A DNA stretch of 7,307 nucleotides from Salpingoeca rosetta (taxonomy: Eukaryota > Protista > Choanoflagellata): assembly GCA_033442325.1 (NCBI GenBank), contig JAWQFM010000036.1, positions 1 to 7,307 on the forward strand, read 5' to 3'. The notes below the pieces were generated by a model, which was given only the letters and a program-made list of their open reading frames with translations, did not search any database and was not told the origin of the DNA. The translations under genes were made by a program, and so were the position numbers. This document shows, in pieces, positions 1-6,912 of the stretch; the stretch's first letter is position 1; each line of letters begins with the position of its first letter.

Positions 1-395
1 CCTAACCCTAAGCCTAACCCTAACCCTAACCCTAACCCTAACCCTAAGCTAACCCTAACCCTAACCCTAACCCTAACCCTAACCCTAACCCTAACCCTAA
101 CCCTAACCCTAACCCTAACCCTAACCCTAACCCTAACCCTAACCCTAACCCTAACCCTAACCCTAACCCTAACCCTAACCCTAACCCTAACCCTAACCCT
201 AACCCTAACCCTAACCCTAACCCTAACCCTAACCCTAACCCTAACCCTAGCCCTAACCCTAACCCTAACCCTACCCCTAACCCTAACCCGAACGCTAACG
301 CTAACCCTAATCCTAACCCTAACCCTAACCCTAACCCTAACCCTAACCCTAACCCTAACCCTAACCCTGACCCTAAACCCTAACCCTAACCCTAA
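1..395 (+). repeat. Telomeric array (CCCTAA)n, i.e. TTAGGG on the minus strand; left chromosome end
   Basis: Roughly 65 tandem CCCTAA units from base 1 with the C-rich strand 5', the orientation of a true left end. Variant units (CCCTAG, CCCTAC, CCCGAA, CGCTAA, CCCTGA, CCCTAAA) are concentrated at ~245-378. Confidence 0.98.
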
Positions 396-1048
396 GCCAG
401 ATAATGGTGCAAGCACACAAATGCACATGCCTCTTCACATACACACACGGCGTACACACGCTGCAGAACAAGGATGCCGGTTGACACATCGCTCCACAGC
501 TTGGTGTATCCTGATGCATATGCAGATACATCATGCGTGTGCTTGCCGTGGTCTCGCAACAACGGCACCCACACAGCGACAGTGAGTGATGACAACAGTA
601 TGAGAGTAGAGAAGTGGGATGTGTGTGTGCGTGTGACACATCAACATCGACAACACAACGCACAAGGCATCGTATCATCGTGCAATGCAATCCACATGCT
701 CACACACAAACACCCACTCCTTCTTCTTCACAGTCACCATCACAGTTATCATCGCAATGGAGTCGTAAGCTCTCCTCTTCAGAGTCCAGTCTCACACAAT
801 GCACACACACAACAAAAATGTGTATGTGCACGCATCGACTAACACCCCATGCCCACCAACAATGCACAGTGTGCAATGAGACATGAGTATATGCATGGGC
901 ACTTCTTCATACTGCTACACAACAAACAAACATCGCACCAGCCAAGGTGCGATGCTGCTGCTGCATAGTTGCAGTAATCAAATACACCCACACACATACT
1001 CACACCCTCATAAGCACCCAAAAAACGCATTGTCAATGAGATTGAGTG
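396..1048 (-). other. Transcribed spacer 3' of the 5.8S (ITS2-like or 3' ETS-like), ending at the telomere
   Basis: Lies directly downstream of the 5.8S. It folds into long stems on the minus strand (871-1017, 799-831, 576-755, 460-500) with many G-U pairs. No LSU 5' signature (GACCTCA...ACCCGCTGAAYTTAAGCATAT) is present. Confidence 0.75.
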
Positions 1049-1233
1049 GCGACACTCAGGCAGACATGCCCGCACGCACAGACACGCACACAATGGCGCA
1101 TGCCCACACACACAGGCGCAATGTGCGTTCGAAGATTCAATGATTCACGGAATTCTGCAATTCACACTACATTTCGCGTCTTGCCACGTTCTTCATCGAT
1201 GCACGAGCCAAGAGATCCACCGTTGAAAGTTGT
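1049..1233 (-). rRNA. 5.8S: 5.8S ribosomal RNA (~185 nt, extended GC-rich hairpin)
   Basis: Minus strand reads ACAACTTTCAACGGTGGATCTCTTGGCTCGTGCATCGATGAAGAACG...GTGAATTGCAGAATTCCGTGAATCATTGAATCTTCGAACGCACATTGCGC...GGGCATGTCTGCCTGAGTGTCGC, with the canonical 5.8S motifs in order. Ends are approximate to a few nt. Confidence 0.97.
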
Positions 1234-1368
1234 CTCATGGTTTTTTTTGGTTGTGTTGAATGAGATGTTGAGATTGAGATCAGAGTGGTTGCAGTGCATG
1301 TGTTTGTGTGTGTATTCCAACGCACAATGTTTGTTGGCACACACAAACACAACACATCACAACGCTCC

Positions 1369-1386
1369 CTCTCTCTCTCTCTCTCT
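1369..1386 (+). repeat. (CT)9 microsatellite in ITS1
   Basis: Direct reading: ctctctctctctctctct. Confidence 0.9.
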
Positions 1387-1770
1387 TCCTCTCACTCACT
1401 CGTTTGTGGTTATCATGTATGTACGTATGTCCACAGCACAGCACACGCCTTTTAGTTGCTGTTGCTGCAGCAAGATGCTTTCGCCCACACGGACATGTGT
1501 GTGCAATCGCAGTCGCTGCCACAACAACAATCCAAACACACGCTTGCTTGCTGTGTTCATTTCTTCTTCTTCTTCTTTGCACGAGGCAAAAAAATGTGTA
1601 CATCCACACACACACAAGAACACTGCCATCGCAATGCAACACACACAACATGTGCTCCACTGCGACACACAATGCTCATGCACGCATGCACATGCTTTTG
1701 CTTTGTTTTGTCTTCATTCACACAATGCTCACTCCCACACACACAAAAGCGTGTGAGAGCGACTTGGTTG

Positions 1771-1850
1771 GTTGGCTCAGTTGGCTCGGTTGGCTCAGTC
1801 CAGTGTCTCCACCTTCCCTCACCTTCCCTCACCCCTCACCATCCCTCACC
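1771..1850 (+). repeat. Two short tandem arrays in ITS1: (GTTGGCTCR)x3 and about four degenerate CACCTTCCCT units
   Basis: gttggctca/gttggctcg/gttggctca at 1771-1797; caccttccct caccttccct cacccct caccatccct cacc at 1810-1850. Confidence 0.85.
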
Positions 1851-1879
1851 AACCACGCTTTTCAACGTTTTCCTTGTTG

Positions 1880-1880
1880 G

Positions 1881-1937
<57 letters not shown>

Positions 1938-2030
1938 AATGATCAAGTTTGACCAGGTTCTCAGCAAAAGATGACATGGGCAGCTGTTGCCAGCGCCCAC
2001 GCGCCAATCCCGAGGCCTCACTAAACCATT

Positions 2031-2076
<46 letters not shown>

Positions 2077-2608
2077 ATCAACGCAATCTGTTGAATTGCG
2101 CTTACTAGGAATTCCTCGTTCAAGATGAATAATTGCAAGCATCTATCCCCAGCACGACGGGTTTTCACAAGAGTCCCCACGCCTTCCAGCGCAGGAATAG
2201 ATGTCTGTCGTCGAGAAACGCTTTCACGCTCCCCACCACAAACACCCAAAGCATACTCGCTGCCCCCGTCAGTGTAGCGCGCGTGCAGCCCAGAACATCT
2301 AAGGGCATCACAGACCTGTTATCGCCTCAAACTTCCTTCGGCTTACGCTCAATAGCAACGCCGAGTGTCCCTCTGAGTGGTGTATCAAAAGACACGCTTG
2401 CGCGTAATCTCCAACGCCTGCTGACGCAGGCGCACACCAATCAGCAAGTCAAGGTCTCGCCGTTTACCGTAATCAAACAGAGATTTCACAACAAAAGCTG
2501 GACGGCCATGCACCACCTCCCTTGGAATCAAGAAAGAGCTGTCAATCTGTCAATCCTTCCCATGTCTGGACCTGGTGAGTTTCCCCGTGTTGAGTCAAAT
2601 TAAGCCGC

Positions 2609-2655
<47 letters not shown>

Positions 2656-3982
2656 ATCTTGCGATCATACTCCCCCCGGAACCCAAACGCTTTGGTTTCC
2701 CTAAAGGTCCCGATGGCGCCTCCATCACAGAATGATTTGTGCTGCCCACCGAGCCCTGGCCGGCATCGTTTATGGTTAAGACTACGACGGTATCTAATCG
2801 TCTTCGATCCCCTAACTTTCGTTCTTGATCAATGAAAGCGTCCTTGGCAAATGCTTTCGCAGTCGGCGGTCTTTCGTAAATCCAAGAATTTCACCTCTGA
2901 CAACGAAATACCAGTGCCCCCAACCGTCCCTATTAATCATTACTTCAGACCCGATGTGGTGAGGGAGGAACAAGAAAACCTTGCGGTTTCTCACTCCACA
3001 CCCCCGCACCACACGCCAACAGTACAGGCCCAAAAGTCCTCTTCCGTTGTTCCATGCTAATCTATTCAAGCAAATCAAATGACTGCCTGCTTTGAACACT
3101 CTAATTTTTTCAAAGTAAAGCCCCCAACAGCGCCCCACCACTACGTGACTTGACACACACCCAATCAAGGGCACGCGCCAAAGGCGCCACCAGGGAATAT
3201 TAAAACTGCAGAGCGCAAACAGTGCGAGGCAGAAGAAGGCGCGCGTAGAACACACCCTCTCCACCCACACACCGTGAACCCCGCATGAAATCCAACTACG
3301 AGCTTTTTAACTGCAACAACTTTAGTATACGCTTTTGGAGCTGGAATTACCGCGGCTGCTGGCACCAGACTTGCCCTCCAATTGTTCCTTGATAAGGTCT
3401 TTACATTGTTCTCATTCCAATTGCACAGTGCATAAAAAACACCGTGCATTGGTATTTATTGTCACTACCTCCCTGTGTCAGGATTGGGTAATTTGCGCGC
3501 CTGCTGCCTTCCTTGGAAGTGGTAGCCGTCTCTCAGGCTCCCTCTCCGGAATCGAACCAAATGTTCCCCGTCACCCGTTGTCACCATGGTAAGCCAATAC
3601 CTTACCATCGAAAGTTGATAGGGCAGAAATTCGAATGAGACACCATCACACACAAAAGTGTAACGGTCAGCAAAGTTATTCTGATTCACCAGTCATGTTC
3701 CTGCTGGCTTTATACCTAACAAATGCAGCCCTCGAGAAGAAAAAATGCGCATACACACACCTCTCTCTCGGGCCTTGTCGCACGTATTAGCTCTAGAATT
3801 ACCACGGCTATCCGTCTAGCACAACACCGCTCCGAAAAACGAGTTGCAAACTATCAAATAAACTATAACTGATTTAATGAGCCATTCGCAGTTTCACAGT
3901 ATCAAGAATACTATTCATACTTAGACATGCATGGCTTAATCTTTGAGACAAGCATATGACTACTGGCAGGATCGACCAGTTA
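1880..3982 (-). rRNA. 18S: 18S (SSU) ribosomal RNA, full length (~2100 nt), divergent and expanded
   Basis: Minus strand starts TAACTGGTCGATCCTGCCAGTAGTCATATGCTTGTCTCAAAGATTAAGCCATGC. It contains GTGCCAGCAGCCGCGGTAATTCC, AAACTTAAAGGAATTGACGG and TTGTACACACCGCCCGTCGC, and ends AAGTCGTAACAAGGTTTCCGTAGGTGAACCTGCGGAAGGATCATT. Confidence 0.99.
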
Positions 3983-4800
3983 TCTCTCCATAGAAGGGGC
4001 AGTGGCAGGTTGTGGTGTGAAAGTGTATGAGTGTGTGTGAATGCGTTGAATGCGTGCGTAGATGTATGCGAATGCGTGTAGGTTGTAAGCCCACACACAA
4101 TGCACACACAATGCACACACAACACAATGCTCAACACATCACATTGCACACACACAACACACCACAGCCGCCGCCCAGCTATGGCTGTCGAAGATTCAGA
4201 AGAGATAAGAGAGACACAAAGGGACAAGAGAGAGAAGAAACACAACAATGCAATGACTGCTGTGCATGTTCCCTTCTTCTTCCCCTCATTGTCCACTCAC
4301 TCACTCGTCCTGCACCCCAACAAACAAAGCTTCCACAAGCAACACGCACATCGCTGCACGTGCCACTCGGGTCGTTCTGTTTTTTCTTTTTGGTTTTGTT
4401 CTTGTGGCTATGCACACAACAACAACCCCAGACACACACACACAAGAAGGTGTGGATGAAGCAGTGTCATTCAATGCAGTACACAATGTGTGTGTTGTTC
4501 TCAGCGAGTGCCAGTGACAACAACCTGCTCTGCCAACAAAACACACACCACCATTGTTTCGCATCTGCATGCATGTGTGTGTGTGAGTGCAAACAACGCA
4601 ACGTTGCTCACACAACACACAATACACAGCACACACAAGTACAATGGCAGCACGTGCCCATCAGCAGCATGCAGTGCGCATGGCTCTCTTTCGAAACAAC
4701 ACACAACACTGTTTCGCATCAAATGTACTTCATCCACGCCTGTGTGCGTGCCTAAAATCATCATCGTGCTCACAGCACAGTTTGCCTCCACTCATGATAG
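3983..4800 (-). other. Probable 5' external transcribed spacer (upstream boundary uncertain)
   Basis: Immediately upstream of the 18S. Long minus-strand hairpin at 3988-4184 and further TG/CA inverted blocks near 4485-4550 and 4574-4621. The transcription start cannot be identified. Confidence 0.55.
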
Positions 4801-4916
4801 AGTGTTGCTCAAGGCACCCTCTCAAGAAGAACAATCCACACCGCGATCACGGCGGGATTGCCTCCTGCATGCGCAAGCTTGGTATCATCAAGGACAGTCG
4901 CCACCTGCCGTTAATA

Positions 4917-5016
4917 NNNNNNNNNNNNNNNNNNNNNNNNNNNNNNNNNNNNNNNNNNNNNNNNNNNNNNNNNNNNNNNNNNNNNNNNNNNNNNNNNNNN
5001 NNNNNNNNNNNNNNNN
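4917..5016. other. Assembly gap (100 N, probably a placeholder of unknown size)
   Basis: Run of exactly 100 N. Confidence 0.98.
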
Positions 5017-6912
5017 CATATGTGCGCCTTGCCGTCACTCCGCCAGCGGCTTGCAACTTGCTTCAACATCATAGACTTTTGGCTCAACACCAGCAATCCA
5101 TGCAAAGCTTTGCTTGCTCTCGCTCGCAATACTTCATCGACCCGCATGTCACAGCGGGCTGCGCCTTGCCTCCAAAGGCAACCACAGCCACACCCACAAC
5201 ACACAGCTGACAACGTTTTGTTTTCACTGTGCCACATCCACGTGTGCAGCAAAGCAACTGCCAGCCATTCCCCCACACACAAACACATATTGGCTCATCG
5301 CCCTTCTCCCAACGCACAGCTACACACACAAGGAAAATGCATGCCCGTTCATGCGCACACATGTCATCTACGCGCCAGGCACATCGCTGTGCCCGGGTCT
5401 CAATGCACCATGCGTGCAGGCTTGCTTCCTGCGTCTCGCTGCGTCACATCACTGTGAGGAGGGAAGAACAATCAAGAGCCAACAATGTGTGTTCGTGTGC
5501 GAGAAATGTCCAGCGCTTCACACTGTCACACTCAGAGGAAGCTGAACAATCAGCTCGCCCTCTTTCCGCAAACACAGTCGTTGCTCGCCACAAGCGCATA
5601 TGTCGTGTGTTGCTTTGCTTCTGTATGGTAGAAGTGCGTTTGCTCATGATGCGAGTCGTCACAAGAACACACACAGGGACACGAGCAAACGCTTGCTCGC
5701 CTCCCCACATGTGCCTCTTCACACCCACACAATGCTCATGCATCATACACACACAAACATCCACACACAGACACACGCCCGTGCTGTTCTCATTGCATGT
5801 GCTGTGTATGCATGTGTGCTCATGCAAGCATCGCTCACAACACACACAAAGGGTGTCGCTTCGCTTTGCCTGCACCCACACACACACTTCACACACACAA
5901 ATGAAGAGAGAGGTCGCTCGGAACACAGCAGATCCAAGATCCAAGAGGAAAGAGAAGTTGGTGCAAGGGCGCAGACGCGGCTTTTCGTGCCCGCAAGCAA
6001 TCCTGCTCAGCGACATTCGCCTTGCTCTCATGCTTGCGCCTCTACTCAGCGGCTCTTTGCCTTTGCCTTCTCTTTTCCTTTTTTTTTTTGTCTTGCTCAT
6101 TTGCATCCTTCCTCTCATGTATGCCAATCCATCGAGCGGCAGCTGTTTGAATCGCTGCTTTGCCCTCGTGCACTTCGCCTGCAGGCACCGCAATCTAGAT
6201 TTAGTGAATCTGCTAGATCTAGATTTGTGACTGGATCTAGCGAGTGCGCACAGCTTCACTGCATCAAGATTCTTCACACTGCTCACACCCCAGATTCCCC
6301 TGGTCCGTGACCAACCACTGCTTGCATGCAATGCCCTTGCTCGCTTTCGGCTGCACCTGCACAGCTGCAGTTGCACTGGTGCCTCGCGATGCAGTGTTCA
6401 GACACTACTCATGACAGTATTGAGCCTTTTTTTCATCACATGATCGCACTTTTTCTGCACCCGCTTTTTGACTTCACCGCCCCAGTCTCCCTACTCCGGT
6501 GATCAAGTAAGCAAGCGAGCAAACGTCACTGCACCATACCATGAGCTGCAGCAACAGGCACAAGACCACGTGGCTGGCTTGCAGGCACACGTGCGCGCGA
6601 GCACACTGCACTGTGCGCACTTCTACTTGCCTGCAGGCACGCTGCGCTGAAGCAAGAAGGAGCAAACCAAAGTGCAGCAAGGATGGATTCGTTTCCATGT
6701 GATTGAACAAGAGACAAGCAAAGAGACAAGCAAGCAGGCAGAGAACGACGAGGAGCAGCGCAAGGGACACGTGTACACGTCTGTATGCATGCATTTGTGT
6801 GTAGATGTTGCCTGCAGGCACGGGGACGTGTTTCTGATTAAAGCGGATTGGATGAGTAGCAATCCTCTGCTCACTGCAAGCACACTTGCATGCGATTGTG
6901 CAGTGCTGTTGG

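Larger units (their letters stand above)
1234..1879 (-). other. ITS1 (~645 nt)
   Basis: Lies between the 18S 3' end (GGATCATT) and the 5.8S 5' end. Microsatellite-rich, with hairpins such as the perfect 14-bp inverted repeat 1299-1312/1338-1351. Confidence 0.93.

Noticed and set aside
495-525. GCATCAGGATACACCAAGCTG on the minus strand as a degenerate 28S 5' end
   Set aside because: Only a TCAGG resemblance. It lacks GACCTCAG complementarity to the 5.8S and the ACCCGCTGAAYTTAAGCATAT motif.
373-1952. Many overlapping H/T/C/V-rich ORFs across the spacers and 5.8S
   Set aside because: Their composition is translated CA/TG microsatellite, they are open in several frames at once, and they overlap rRNA.
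2483-2500. Bacterial contamination or an assembly chimera at h35-h36
   Set aside because: Exact identity to the bacterial motif is only about 10 nt, while h37 and the flanks are eukaryote-like and pair with the altered strands.
1880-3982. ORFs overlapping the 18S (e.g. 2133-2603 +, 2812-3270 -, 3335-3592 +)
   Set aside because: Incidental frames within an unambiguous rRNA gene.
1880-3982. Group I or spliceosomal introns as the cause of the long 18S
   Set aside because: The extra length is spread over short hairpins in variable regions. Conserved segments are uninterrupted and no insert is large enough for a group I core.
1880-3982. The 18S as a decayed pseudogene
   Set aside because: The 530 loop, h27, h44 and h45 motifs are intact, and the changes examined in helices are mostly compensated.
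4027-6376. Long ORFs 4027-4755 +, 5229-6230 +, 5444-6376 - and 5600-6310 +
   Set aside because: Stop-poor low-complexity DNA open on both strands with no recognisable domain. Other ORFs in this span simply run through the N gap.
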